The notes beneath the pieces were generated by a model, which ran no database searches, was not told the DNA's origin, and saw only the letters and a list, made by a program, of their open reading frames with translations. A program made the translations under genes and the position numbers. Positions 39,811 through 49,491 of a DNA stretch of 64,000 bases are shown here, one piece after another. Origin of the DNA: Patescibacteria group bacterium (lineage in GTDB: Bacteria > Patescibacteriota > Patescibacteriia > UBA9934 > GWF2-40-263); contig JBAZTR010000001.1 of NCBI GenBank assembly GCA_041661745.1, forward strand, positions 300,306-364,305. The letters are read 5' to 3'. How positions within the stretch are numbered: the first letter of the stretch is position 1; every line of letters begins with the position of its first letter.

Positions 39811-41874
39811 TTAAAGTTCGTCGATATCCCTTAAAAATCCCGAACGTTTTTTAGTTTCAGGTTTTGTTTCACCGTATTTGTCCAAAACAATTGTCGGGCC
39901 ATCGTCAAATTCCCCCCAATCCCTTCCCAACCCTTCAGGACCCTTCCCAACCCTTCTTTTCTCTTCCATTATACCCCGCGGTAACTCTGATAAAAACATG
40001 GAAGGTTGACCAAACGAAAAATCACTGCTGCCACCACGATTATCAGACAAGGCATAGGTTAAATACAGGCGATCACGAGCTCGAGTGGTGGCCACATAAA
40101 ACAAACGGCGTTCTTCCTCAATTGTTCCTTCGGCCAAAGCGCGCGGATTTGGAAATCCGCCATCTCTGAGGCCGATAACAAAAACTGCGTCCCATTCCAA
40201 ACCTTTGGCTTGATGGATAGTGGAAAGAATAATTCGTTCGGCCGGGTCAGTGCGCGCGGCCCCGTAATTTTCGGCCAAAGTAACGTCATCAAGAAAAGTG
40301 GTTAAATCAGTGGCCGACTCGGCAAAGGTGGCAAATTGTTCAAGGTCATCAAGGCGATCGCGGAAATCGGGTTGCTCGGCTTCCAAATAATCACGATACC
40401 CTTGGGCGACCACGGCGCGAATCATGTCAGAAGGATGGGTGGCGGCCAGCATGTGTTTTAAAACTCCGCGACACAATTCCCAACCGCTAGCCGCGCGCGT
40501 GGGCGACAAACCTTCGGGTGATATTGCCTCGGCCAAAGTTTCAAACTGTCTAACTTGATCCAAAATCTTTCCGGCCGTACTCGCCCCAATGCCCGGATAA
40601 AGACCAAGTACGCGAAGCCAAGCGGCTTCATCTTTCAAATTAGCCAACACCCGCAAGTGTGAGGTGACATCTTTAATATGAGCACGCTCAAAAAAACGCA
40701 TACCACCGCGAAATTCGTATGGGGTGTTACGTTTCATTAATTCGTATTCAAGCGGCTGGGCGTGGAAAGCGGCCCGGAATAAAACAGCGATTTCTTTAGT
40801 CGGCACACCAGAGGCTTTAAGTCGAACAATTTCATCGGCCACGTGACGCGCTTCGTCGGTAATTGTCGCCGTGGTGACGACTTTTGGTCTGTTGCCTTCT
40901 TTCTTCATTGCTATTAACGGTTTATCAAATTGCTGACGATTATTTTTAATAATCGCGTTAGCCAGTCCTAAAATTTGCGGTGAAGAACGATAGTTGGCGG
41001 TTAAACGAAAAACTTTTGTGCCAGGATAGGTTTGTGGAAAATCCAAAATATTTTTAATCTCGGCCGCCCGAAAAGAATAAATACTTTGCGCGTCATCACC
41101 AACGACTAAAAGATTTCGATGAACACTGGATAGCAACTGAACAATTCTCGCCTGAATACGATTGGTATCCTGAAATTCATCAACCAAAACATAACGAAAC
41201 TGCGTGGCTAAACGTTCACGAACATCGGGACGCTTTTCTAAAAGTTCCAAAAATAATAAAAGCAAATCATCAAAGTCAACAGCATCGGCCGTGTGTTTGC
41301 GATCTTCGTACAGTTCGATTACATGTTCCAAGGTTGGAGCCATCATAGCCAAGGCCGGACTGCGATCTTCAAGCACCTGACGCAAGCCAACCCCGGCATT
41401 CCTGGAATAACTGTACATTGATTGAAAAGAATTTGGCGAAGGAAAACGCTTGTCGCGCGAGCCATCGGCCCCGGCATCTTTTAAGCACAATTTGATTAAG
41501 GCTTTAGAGTCGTCTTCGTCAAGAATTGTAAAACCATTGGTATGCCCGACCAGCGGCGCATAGGTACGAAGAATACGACTGGCTGTGGAGTGAAAGGTGC
41601 CACCCTTCACCCCTGTTTCCCCTCTCCCTAAGGGAGAGGGGTTGGTTAGGGCAGTAACCCGATTCAACATCTCTTTGGCGGCTTTGTTGGTAAAGGTTAA
41701 AAGCAAAATTTCGTTGGGGGAAATTCCCTGTTCTAAAAGATAAGCCACACGGTAGGTAACCGTGCGGGTTTTGCCAGAGCCGGCCCCAGCTAAAACAAGA
41801 CAAGGGCCGTCGCCATGGAGGACAACTTCAAGCTGTTCGGGGTTGAGTTCTTTCTGGTAATCAATATTATTCAC
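39811..41874 (-). CDS. uvrD: ATP-dependent DNA helicase, UvrD/PcrA family
   Basis: Walker A GAGSGKTRTVTYRVAYLL, motif Ia TFTNKAAKEM, GTFHS, and the QDTN and VGDDAQSIYSFRAAE motifs, with a C-terminal extension. Confidence 0.85.
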   Translation of the reverse strand: MNNIDYQKELNPEQLEVVLHGDGPCLVLAGAGSGKTRTVTYRVAYLLEQGISPNEILLLTFTNKAAKEMLNRVTALTNPSPLGRGETGVKGGTFHSTASRILRTYAPLVGHTNGFTILDEDDSKALIKLCLKDAGADGSRDKRFPSPNSFQSMYSYSRNAGVGLRQVLEDRSPALAMMAPTLEHVIELYEDRKHTADAVDFDDLLLLFLELLEKRPDVRERLATQFRYVLVDEFQDTNRIQARIVQLLSSVHRNLLVVGDDAQSIYSFRAAEIKNILDFPQTYPGTKVFRLTANYRSSPQILGLANAIIKNNRQQFDKPLIAMKKEGNRPKVVTTATITDEARHVADEIVRLKASGVPTKEIAVLFRAAFHAQPLEYELMKRNTPYEFRGGMRFFERAHIKDVTSHLRVLANLKDEAAWLRVLGLYPGIGASTAGKILDQVRQFETLAEAISPEGLSPTRAASGWELCRGVLKHMLAATHPSDMIRAVVAQGYRDYLEAEQPDFRDRLDDLEQFATFAESATDLTTFLDDVTLAENYGAARTDPAERIILSTIHQAKGLEWDAVFVIGLRDGGFPNPRALAEGTIEEERRLFYVATTRARDRLYLTYALSDNRGGSSDFSFGQPSMFLSELPRGIMEEKRRVGKGPEGLGRDWGEFDDGPTIVLDKYGETKPETKKRSGFLRDIDEL
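41619..41641. repeat. perfect palindrome cccctctccctaagggagagggg inserted in-frame inside uvrD (encodes ...NPSPLGRGETG... between motif Ia and GTFHS)
   Basis: The 23-bp palindrome resembles the arms of the intergenic C-rich hairpin family. The extra ~15 aa sit where UvrD homologues normally have only a short loop. Confidence 0.5.
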
Positions 41875-41906
41875 AGCTGGGATATTTTATCATGAGATCA
41901 AAATCG

Positions 41907-41914
41907 TGTATAAT
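41907..41914 (+). promoter_or_regulatory. extended -10 promoter element TGTATAAT for the Cache-domain gene and its leader
   Basis: aaatcgTGTATAATgaag, a perfect TGnTATAAT. Confidence 0.5.
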
Positions 41915-41930
41915 GAAGACCGGAGGAAAA

Positions 41931-42002
41931 ATGGAGCTCCGAAAGGAGTATCCCCCTTCGCCCCGCATTCGCGGGGCTACGGCGGGATTATCCGCCTTAT
42001 AG
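41931..42002 (+). CDS. possible 23-codon upstream ORF/leader peptide (MELRKEYPPSPRIRGATAGLSAL) within a GC-rich structured leader
   Basis: GGAGG RBS 4 nt upstream. It overlaps stable hairpins gccccgcattcgcggggc and ggcgggattatccgcc, and is followed by a long hairpin at 42003-42040 before the Cache gene ATG. Confidence 0.25.
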   Translation: MELRKEYPPSPRIRGATAGLSAL

Positions 42003-42061
42003 CGACATCCGTCCGAAGTCGAGCCGTGCTCGACGAAGGCGGATAAATATTAAAATTTTGT

Positions 42062-42607
42062 ATGAAAAAACAAAAGCGAATCAAATACCTGATGACCGCC
42101 TTAATCGTCATTATGGTCGTGTCCGTAGGCTACCTTAGTCTGAACCAGTGTTACCAAAACAAAATGCAAAGACAACGAGTTGTCACGCAAGACGCTTTAA
42201 TTAAAAGCGAAGTGCAAACCGCCGTCAGCATGTTGCAGGGTATCTACGACAAGCATTTACAAGGGACATATTCCACAAGTCAGGCCGAAAAACTTGGAGC
42301 CGACCTTTTGCGAGGTTTGCGCTATAACGGCGACGGGTACTTCTTTGCCGACACTACCGAAGGCGTTAATGTGGTTCTTTTCGGCAGCGATGTTGAAGGT
42401 ACCAACCGCTTAGACGCAAGTTTGAATGGCGTTGATTACGTTAAGGAAATCTTGCTCAAAGGTACCGAAGCTGATGGTGGATATACCAATTACTGGTTTC
42501 CTAAAAAAGATGGCACCGAAGCCAAAGCCAAGCGTGCTTACAGTTTATTATTTGAACCGTTCGGTTGGGTTGTTGGAACCGGTTATTATCTGGAAGACAT
42601 AAAATAA
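42062..42607 (+). CDS. membrane-anchored single-Cache (sCache_2-like) extracellular sensor-domain protein, stand-alone
   Basis: N-terminal TM; GYFFADT...GTNRLDASLNGVDYVKEILLKG...GYTNYWFPKKDGTEAKAKRAYSLLFEPFGWVVGTGYYLEDI matches the sCache_2 consensus. Confidence 0.55.
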   Translation: MKKQKRIKYLMTALIVIMVVSVGYLSLNQCYQNKMQRQRVVTQDALIKSEVQTAVSMLQGIYDKHLQGTYSTSQAEKLGADLLRGLRYNGDGYFFADTTEGVNVVLFGSDVEGTNRLDASLNGVDYVKEILLKGTEADGGYTNYWFPKKDGTEAKAKRAYSLLFEPFGWVVGTGYYLEDIK

Positions 42608-42621
42608 TTTTTTCAAAAAAT

Positions 42622-42650
42622 CCGGGGCAAGACCCCGGTTTTTTGTTTTA
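42622..42650 (+). terminator. intrinsic terminator (ccggggcaagaccccgg plus T-run)
   Basis: Perfect hairpin at 42622-42638 followed by ttttttgtttt. Confidence 0.65.
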
Positions 42651-42651
42651 A

Positions 42652-42690
42652 AAAAACTCGCTGTTGGTGACAGCGAGGCGAGGCATGGCC
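42652..42690 (-). terminator. intrinsic terminator of the high-GC 401-aa gene (minus strand: cctcgctgtcaccaacagcgag plus UUUUUUU)
   Basis: Hairpin ctcgctg/cagcgag directly after the stop codon, sharing the A/T run with the plus-strand terminator. Confidence 0.6.
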
Positions 42691-42691
42691 C

Positions 42692-43897
42692 CTAGAGCGG
42701 TTCTTGAGCCTTCCGCAAGTAGGCGTAGACGACGCCAAGACCGTTCAGGTCGGAGTCCAGGGCCAGGCGAGCGTGCGTGAGGAGGGCCACGACTCGCTCG
42801 GTGACCGGCGTCTTGAAATCGCAATCCAAGGACAACGAGAGCGAGTGGATGATGGCGTCGATGCCGTAGCCCAGATCGACGGTCGGGATTTCTCCCTTGA
42901 GTCGCCGCAAGGCCAGGACAACGGTCATGGCTTCGACGATCTCGCGCTTCACGATGAGGAGGAAGAGCGAACGCAGCGAACGCTCCATGACCACCTTGGC
43001 CTCGGCGTCGTTGCCGTGCTCGAGGAGTTGGGCGGCGTAGGCCGTCTCCCGGGCGACATGACTGAAGGTACGCCGGCCGAACGGAGCAAGCGAAACCGAG
43101 CCGCACCGGTTGGACAACCGCTCGAGCCGCTTCACCATGCCTGGCACACTCTTCGGAGCGAAGTGGCCGTCGGTGAACCTGGCCAGCATGCTGTCGAGTT
43201 CGTGTTCGACTTCGCTGCGGAACTGCCAGGCCTGGTCGAAGACCAGGAGAAGCGCGGTCTGGCGTTGGCCGATCCTGCCGGTGATCTTCCTCACCTCGAT
43301 CCGACGACGACCGAGGCGCCGTTCCGCGGCCCAGATCATTGGCGACAGAGCCGTATACGGAATTGCTTCCCAGCTCTGTTCCGCCCGTGTGGCGAGGTCG
43401 AGAGCCTCGATCTTGAACTTAGCCTGCCAGCGATGCCACCGCTGCACGAAATCGAGCAGATGGCCACGAACCTCTTCCCGCTCGGAAGGCGACGAGGTTT
43501 TCCGAACCACCCAGGTCATGGCCAGGATGATATCCAGACTGGCGGACGAGACCTCGAGGTCGTTGAGATCCTGCGCCTCGGTGCTCGGGATGTGTTCACC
43601 AGTGGCCCTGAGGGCGTCGAAGATGCCGTTGTTGTAGGTCCAGAACTTCACGAGTCCCTGTCGAGCCGAGCGGTTGGCCATGAGGATGGCCCCGCGCTTG
43701 ATGCAGTGTCCCTTGTCATCGGCGTCCACATACTTCACCTCTTCGGCGACAATGTAGACGCGCTCGTCGAGCACTACCTTGACCCGAAGATCGACATAGA
43801 CGTCCTTGGCCACGAGCAGGCGGCGCTCCACGACTGTGTTGTCGGGGTGCGCATCAGAACAAGTTTCGGCGCCAGTGGCGGGATTAAGTCGTGGCAA
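42692..43897 (-). CDS. high-GC 401-aa hypothetical protein (single-gene island); possible nuclease-like N-terminus plus a helical C-terminal domain
   Basis: TTG start with GGAG RBS; promoter TTGACA-N16-TATTCT inside an upstream hairpin. GC3 is ~90%. The N-terminus reads ...VYVDLRVKVVLDERVYIVAEEVKYVDADD (a D...ExK-like pattern). No confident family assignment. Confidence 0.5.
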   Translation of the reverse strand: MPRLNPATGAETCSDAHPDNTVVERRLLVAKDVYVDLRVKVVLDERVYIVAEEVKYVDADDKGHCIKRGAILMANRSARQGLVKFWTYNNGIFDALRATGEHIPSTEAQDLNDLEVSSASLDIILAMTWVVRKTSSPSEREEVRGHLLDFVQRWHRWQAKFKIEALDLATRAEQSWEAIPYTALSPMIWAAERRLGRRRIEVRKITGRIGQRQTALLLVFDQAWQFRSEVEHELDSMLARFTDGHFAPKSVPGMVKRLERLSNRCGSVSLAPFGRRTFSHVARETAYAAQLLEHGNDAEAKVVMERSLRSLFLLIVKREIVEAMTVVLALRRLKGEIPTVDLGYGIDAIIHSLSLSLDCDFKTPVTERVVALLTHARLALDSDLNGLGVVYAYLRKAQEPL

Positions 43898-43974
43898 GAT
43901 TGACTCCGTGGGCTGAATGCCAAAATTGGCGCTTGAAGAATAACAAAAAAGACGGTTTTGTCAATCGTCTTCTG

Positions 43975-44023
43975 CCCTCTCCCCATCCCTCCCCCGTATG
44001 AGGCCATACGAGGGAGGGAGAAT
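43975..44023. repeat. C-rich hairpin repeat, family 1a, copy B
   Basis: ccctctccccatccctcccccgtatgaggccatacgagggagggagaat, 49/49 identical to copy A. It lies between the mltG stop and the island-3 promoter. Confidence 0.7.
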
Positions 44024-44028
44024 AATTT

Positions 44029-45075
44029 TTATCTTAAATACAAAGCTCGATTTTGATTTTGTTCATCATTTGTCGCCGCGTAATGAACTTTGCCGTCGGC
44101 ATCAGTTAAAAAATACCAATAATTATTTTCTGTGGGATAAATTACCGCGTTGATGGCCGATAGACTGGGATTAGAAATTGGCCCGGGGGGCAAGTCACGA
44201 TATTTATAGGTGTTGTAAGGCGAATCAACCGAACGATCGACATCGGAAGTATAAGCTGTTTTGCCGTCACTCCCAACAACAAAATGAACAGTTGAGTCGG
44301 CCTGCAAAGCCATGCCAATATCAAGTCGCCGCCAAAAAATATCAGCCACTATGGCGCGGTCCTCGTCAGAAGTTACTTCCTTTTCAATAATCGAAGCAAG
44401 GGTCACGACATCGTGGACAGATTTACCCTGGCGAATAATTTCGGCCCGCAGCTCTGGTGAAAACTTTTTACTGAAATTGGTTAGGAGTTTATATGTCAAT
44501 TCGTCGGGAAAACCGCTCCGCGAAACGCGATAAGTATCGGGAAATAAATAACCCTCTAACGACTCTTCTTCTTCTAAAGCGCGACGAATAAGTTCGTGCT
44601 CAGATAAAAGAGAGGTTGCCTCCGGCCAGTCGATCTCGGCCAAACTGACTTTCCAATCATTACCCCAACCGTTACCAAAAACCGAATCAATTCGCTCGAC
44701 CATCTGGTCGATCGTCAAACCCTCGGGAAAAGTTATGGTAACTTCATCCGGCGTAATGTCGGTCAGCACATTCACCAGTGAAGCGTAATTCATGCCGGTC
44801 TGTAAAGTGAAATCACCCGGTTGAAACCGATGTTCGACGCCTGTGAACTTTACATAAAACCGAAAGCCCCAACGACTGGGAATTAAATCAGCTTCTTTTA
44901 AAGCCTGGGAAATCTCGCTGACACTTTCACCTGAAACCACGGTTAAAGAAACTTCCGAAGCGTTAGGCCCCGGAGAGCGCAGAAAAGCGTCCCAAACAAA
45001 AGAGGCCCCGACCACGGTCGTGACCAAAATCGCGACGCTGCAAAAAACTATAACGAGATTAATTAATCTACTCAT
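44029..45075 (-). CDS. mltG: endolytic murein transglycosylase MltG (YceG-like)
   Basis: N-terminal TM, then the YceG domain: ...KTAYTSDVDRSVDSPYNTYKYRDLPPGPISNPSLSAINAVIYP...YWYF. Confidence 0.8.
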   Translation of the reverse strand: MSRLINLVIVFCSVAILVTTVVGASFVWDAFLRSPGPNASEVSLTVVSGESVSEISQALKEADLIPSRWGFRFYVKFTGVEHRFQPGDFTLQTGMNYASLVNVLTDITPDEVTITFPEGLTIDQMVERIDSVFGNGWGNDWKVSLAEIDWPEATSLLSEHELIRRALEEEESLEGYLFPDTYRVSRSGFPDELTYKLLTNFSKKFSPELRAEIIRQGKSVHDVVTLASIIEKEVTSDEDRAIVADIFWRRLDIGMALQADSTVHFVVGSDGKTAYTSDVDRSVDSPYNTYKYRDLPPGPISNPSLSAINAVIYPTENNYWYFLTDADGKVHYAATNDEQNQNRALYLR

Positions 45076-46157
45076 AACAAATCGTGTTGTTCTTTTTTTT
45101 GAAGCTCGGAAATTATTTCTTTAACCCGTTGAGCCTGACTTTTTGGACAAACCAGCAAAGCGTCGCCAGTATCAACCACAACAATGTCGTTCATGCCAAG
45201 CACAGCCACAGTCTTCCCTTCTGGAGCGTAAATAAGTGAGCCGGTGGTTTCCACTAAAACGCTGTTACCTTTTACAACATTGCCACCATTATCACACAAA
45301 CGATCATAAAGTGTGTCCCAAGCACCAATGTCGCTCCAACCAAAATCGCCTTTTATAATTAAAACATCGTTCGGGTCCATTTTTTCGGTCACCGCATAAT
45401 CAAAAGATGTTTTTGGTAATCGGGAATACAAATCGCATATATCATCCGTAGGGGCACAAAATTTTGTGCCCCTACGGGCGATTTGTATTTTTCGTAAAAT
45501 TTCCGCCATTTCCGGCGCATATGTTTCAAACGCCTCCATAAACTTTCGCGGTGTCCACATGTAATACGAAGCGTGCCACAAGTACGAACCGTCTTCTAAA
45601 TATTTTTTAGCCACCTCAAACGGCGGTTTTTCGGTGTGACCTAAAAATTCGTAGACTTCGACGCTGTCACGAGTTTCAATTTTTTTTCCAAACTTGGTGT
45701 AACCAAGCACTGTGCTGGGAAAAGACGGCACTACCCCAATATCCAACATCTTACCGGTTTCCAAAATCAACTGTTCGCCAACTTTCAAACAATTCAAAAA
45801 TTTATCTTCATCGCCAATAAAGTGATCGGACGGAACAAAAACAATCGGTTCGTCCGGGTCGTCCAGCTCAAGAGTGGCGGCAACATAGCCCATGGCCGGA
45901 CCAGTGTCACGTTTTTCCGGCTCAACGATAATTTGCTTTTCCGGAAGATCAACAAAATTTTCACGCAAAGTTTTTTCCAAAGCCGCGGACACGGAAAAAT
46001 AAATCTTCTCGGCCGGAAACGACCGCAACAAACGACGATAAGTGTCGCGAATCAAGGGCTCCGCGGAAACCAACTCGCAAAATTGTTTTGGTTTGGCCGC
46101 CCGGCTCATGGGCCAAAGTCTTGTTCCCGAACCGCCGGCAAGAATTACAGCTTTCAT
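45072..46157 (-). CDS. mannose-1-phosphate guanylyltransferase-like sugar nucleotidyltransferase
   Basis: MKAVILAGGSGTRLWPMSRAAKPKQF is the NTP_transferase G-x-G-T-R-L signature; 361 aa. Confidence 0.75.
   Translation of the reverse strand: MKAVILAGGSGTRLWPMSRAAKPKQFCELVSAEPLIRDTYRRLLRSFPAEKIYFSVSAALEKTLRENFVDLPEKQIIVEPEKRDTGPAMGYVAATLELDDPDEPIVFVPSDHFIGDEDKFLNCLKVGEQLILETGKMLDIGVVPSFPSTVLGYTKFGKKIETRDSVEVYEFLGHTEKPPFEVAKKYLEDGSYLWHASYYMWTPRKFMEAFETYAPEMAEILRKIQIARRGTKFCAPTDDICDLYSRLPKTSFDYAVTEKMDPNDVLIIKGDFGWSDIGAWDTLYDRLCDNGGNVVKGNSVLVETTGSLIYAPEGKTVAVLGMNDIVVVDTGDALLVCPKSQAQRVKEIISELQKKEQHDLL
45446..45477. repeat. perfect 32-bp palindrome ccgtaggggcacaaaattttgtgcccctacgg inserted in-frame in the nucleotidyltransferase gene (encodes ...ARRGTKFCAPTD...)
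   Basis: The identical core gtaggggcacaaaattttgtgcccctac recurs in non-coding DNA at 61423-61450, upstream of the tmRNA. Confidence 0.6.
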
Positions 46158-46160
46158 AAA

Positions 46161-46649
46161 TTACAGAATAAAATGAGTCACAAAAGTTGCCACCGTTATA
46201 CCCAAAACAGCTCCGCCAATTATATCGCTAACATAATGAACGCCAACGGCAATACGACAAAAAGCGATTAAGGCCGCCAAAATAAAAAACAAACTTCCCA
46301 AAAGCGGATCATAAGCAAAAACCGCCGCGGCCATTCCACAAGATAAGGAGGTGTGCCCCGAAGGAAACGATGGGGTGCGCCACAAAAGATTCATCAATGG
46401 TTTTTCATGGTTCTGTTGAAACGGCCGATGGCGATTAAACAAATAGGCAATCGCCAGCTGGAGGATCCAAGTGAAAGCCACTGACAAAAGAACCGGAACA
46501 ATTCTTCCGGTCACAAGGCTCCATAAAAAAACCGCCGCGGCTAAAAGCCAAATTAATTTCGTTGCCCCAAAAACCGCTAACCAAGAAAAAAAATCTGAAT
46601 GCTTGGTCGCTAAAAAAACCTTCTCCGCAATTTTTTTATCTAAACTCAT
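46161..46649 (-). CDS. PAP2-family phosphatase (undecaprenyl-diphosphate/phosphatidate phosphatase-like)
   Basis: KxxxxxxRP-like region, then SFPSGHTS and HYVSDIIGG motifs; multi-TM. Confidence 0.7.
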   Translation of the reverse strand: MSLDKKIAEKVFLATKHSDFFSWLAVFGATKLIWLLAAAVFLWSLVTGRIVPVLLSVAFTWILQLAIAYLFNRHRPFQQNHEKPLMNLLWRTPSFPSGHTSLSCGMAAAVFAYDPLLGSLFFILAALIAFCRIAVGVHYVSDIIGGAVLGITVATFVTHFIL

Positions 46650-48238
46650 AAAAGGTTCACGCCGGACATTTCCGGTGGCGGAGTAATTTTCATTATGGCC
46701 AAGGCGGTTGGCGCGACATCAGCCAACATTCCCACGGTTTGTAATAACGAAAGATCACCCTCAACCACTTCGCCAGTCGGCCCAACTTTGCCTGCCAAAC
46801 TTTCCGAGATAATGAGAAACGGAACCGGATTGGTTGAATGTTCCTTATCCATTTCACCGGTACGTAAATTTTTAACTTCTTCGGCATTGCCGTGATCAGC
46901 TGTAACCAATAATGCTCCGCCTTTGGCCAAAATTGCTTCAGACAATCGACCCAAGCAATCATCGGTCGCTTCGTTGGCCTTAACCGTGGCCTCAAAATCC
47001 CCGGTATGGGCCACCATATCAGGCGCGGCAAAATTCATAACAATAAAATCAAATTTTTCGCTGTTGATTTCTTTAATCACGCGATCGGTTATTTCGTAAG
47101 TACTCATGGCTGGCGTTTGATCGTAAGTGGCAACACGCGGCGAAGGAACAATAATTCGTTCTTCGCCCGGGAAAGGTTCTTCCCTTGTTCCATTCAAAAA
47201 GAAAGTCACGTGAGCGTATTTTTCCGTTTCAGCAATATGCAGTTGTTTTAAACCAGCGGCCGAAATTACCTCAGCTAAAGAATTGACAATCGCCTCCGGT
47301 GGAATAGCTACCTCGACTGGCAAACCTTTTTCGTATTCAGTCATGGTCACGGGAAAAATATTGTTCAAACGCGGCCGAGGAAACTTATCAAAATCCGGCA
47401 AAACAAACGCCTTAACCAATTGACGCATGCGATCCGGACGAAAATTGAAAAAGATTATGGCGTCGTTATCCTTAACTGTTGCCACCGGCGCGCCGTCTTT
47501 AAGCAAAACTGTTGGCACAAACTGCTCGTCAAAAACTTCTTTGCTGTAAGAAAGTTTGATTGCCTCCAAAGGGTCTTCGGCGGTTTCACCCTGTCCCAGG
47601 ACCATGGCGTTATACGCTTTTTCCGTGCGCTCAGCGCGGTTGTCGCGATCCATGGCATAAAAACGACCAGAAAGACTGGCAATTTTTCCAACCTTGGTTT
47701 CTTTAATTTTGTTTTGCAAATTTTGAATAAAATCAATCGCGGCGTTATAAACCGTATCGCGACCATCAAGAATAGCGTGAACAAAAACGCGATCAAACTT
47801 TTCCTTTTTGGCCAATTCCAAAAGAGCATAGCAGTGTTCGTCCAGAGAATGAACGCGACCAGTTGAAACCAACCCAATCAAATGAACGGCGCTATTATTT
47901 TTTTTGGCGTGTTCGATGGCCGCCAAAAAAGTTTTTTCCTTAAAAAAATCTCCGGTGGCAATTTCCCGATTAATGCGCGGCAGCGACTGATAATAAACAC
48001 GACCGGCCCCAATGGCCAAGTGCCCAACTTCGGAATTACCCATTTCACCCCACGACAAACCAACTTCTTCACCGCTAGAGCGCAGCATCATGGCCGGATA
48101 ATTCTGAATTATTTTTTTGAAATTTGGCATCTTGGCCCGAGTTACGGCGTTGCCGTCAGCGTCGGGGGCAATACCAAAACCGTCCACGATTAGTAGAACC
48201 ACTGGTTTGGGACGATTATTTTCTTGTGTGTCAGGCAT
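46646..48238 (-). CDS. gpmI: 2,3-bisphosphoglycerate-independent phosphoglycerate mutase
   Basis: [14 protein letters not shown]... [16 protein letters not shown] ... ADHGNAE; 530 aa. Confidence 0.9.
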   Translation of the reverse strand: MPDTQENNRPKPVVLLIVDGFGIAPDADGNAVTRAKMPNFKKIIQNYPAMMLRSSGEEVGLSWGEMGNSEVGHLAIGAGRVYYQSLPRINREIATGDFFKEKTFLAAIEHAKKNNSAVHLIGLVSTGRVHSLDEHCYALLELAKKEKFDRVFVHAILDGRDTVYNAAIDFIQNLQNKIKETKVGKIASLSGRFYAMDRDNRAERTEKAYNAMVLGQGETAEDPLEAIKLSYSKEVFDEQFVPTVLLKDGAPVATVKDNDAIIFFNFRPDRMRQLVKAFVLPDFDKFPRPRLNNIFPVTMTEYEKGLPVEVAIPPEAIVNSLAEVISAAGLKQLHIAETEKYAHVTFFLNGTREEPFPGEERIIVPSPRVATYDQTPAMSTYEITDRVIKEINSEKFDFIVMNFAAPDMVAHTGDFEATVKANEATDDCLGRLSEAILAKGGALLVTADHGNAEEVKNLRTGEMDKEHSTNPVPFLIISESLAGKVGPTGEVVEGDLSLLQTVGMLADVAPTALAIMKITPPPEMSGVNLL

Positions 48239-49490
48239 AAAGCTCTTCTTCTACCTCCATTAAACGATTATATTTTTCCACGCGCTCGGAACGGGACAAG
48301 GAACCGGTTTTGATAAACTCGGCGTTAACGGCCACAGCCAAATCGGCAATTGTTGTGTCAGAAGTTTCGCCAGAACGGTGCGAAACAGAAACTTTGTACC
48401 CGACCTGCTTAGCCAAAAAGATCGCTTCCATGGTTTCGGTTAAAGTTCCGATCTGATTTAACTTAATCAGAATGGCGTTACCGGATTTTTCAGCAATTCC
48501 TTTTTTGAGACGCTCGACGTTGGTGACAAAAAAGTCATCACCGACCAGGGCAATTTTGTCACCCAACTCTTTGGTAAGTTTTTTCCAACCAGCCCAGTCG
48601 TCTTCGGCCAAACCATCTTCCAAAGAAACGATTGGATATTTTTTAACCCACTTTTGCCACATGGCAATCATTTGCTCGGCGGTTTTTTGGCCACCGCCTT
48701 TTTTTAACTGATATTTTTTCGTTTTTGGATTATACAATTCGGACGTAGCCGGATCAAGGGCAAAAGCAACATCCTTACCCGGGCGATAACCAGCCGCCTT
48801 AACAGCTTTCATAAGCCATTGCAACGCGGCCTCGTTTGTTTTAAATGGAACAGCAAAACCGCCTTCATCCCCCACGCCAACCGGAAAGCCGGCTTTCTTA
48901 AGTAATACGCCGAGAGCATGAAAAACTTCCGCGCCACAACGTACCCTTTCGCGCAAAGTCTTTTGTTGCGGGACAATCATGAATTCCTGAAAATCAAGAC
49001 ACCAACCGGCATGGGCTCCACCATTTAAAACATTCATGGTCGGGTGTGGCAAACGAAAGGTTTTATCTTTAACATCAAAAGCAAAACGTAAATATTGATA
49101 GAGCGGCATTTTTTTGTGTCGAGCCGCAGCGTGAGCACAAGCCAAAGAAACACCTAAAATGGCGTTAGCCCCCAAACGCGATTTATTTAACGTGCCGTCG
49201 AGCATGATAAGTTTCTTATCAATTTCCTGCTGACGCATAACATCAAAACCAGTCAATTCTGGGGCAATAATTTTGTTGACATTGCGGACGGCTTTCAAAA
49301 CTCCTTTTCCGCCATAACGATTTTTGTCACCGTCGCGAAGCTCCAGGGCCTCGTGGACACCGGTCGAAGCGCCGCTCGGAACCGCAGCTGAACCAATGGT
49401 GCCATCGGTTAACAACACCGTAACCTTAAGCGTTGGATTACCGCGTGAATCCAAAATTTCGTGAGCGTGAACGGTTTCAATTTTTGACAT
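48231..49490 (-). CDS. eno: enolase
   Basis: [23 protein letters not shown]...; [18 protein letters not shown]; 419 aa. Confidence 0.9.
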   Translation of the reverse strand: MSKIETVHAHEILDSRGNPTLKVTVLLTDGTIGSAAVPSGASTGVHEALELRDGDKNRYGGKGVLKAVRNVNKIIAPELTGFDVMRQQEIDKKLIMLDGTLNKSRLGANAILGVSLACAHAAARHKKMPLYQYLRFAFDVKDKTFRLPHPTMNVLNGGAHAGWCLDFQEFMIVPQQKTLRERVRCGAEVFHALGVLLKKAGFPVGVGDEGGFAVPFKTNEAALQWLMKAVKAAGYRPGKDVAFALDPATSELYNPKTKKYQLKKGGGQKTAEQMIAMWQKWVKKYPIVSLEDGLAEDDWAGWKKLTKELGDKIALVGDDFFVTNVERLKKGIAEKSGNAILIKLNQIGTLTETMEAIFLAKQVGYKVSVSHRSGETSDTTIADLAVAVNAEFIKTGSLSRSERVEKYNRLMEVEEELYA

Positions 49491-49491
49491 A

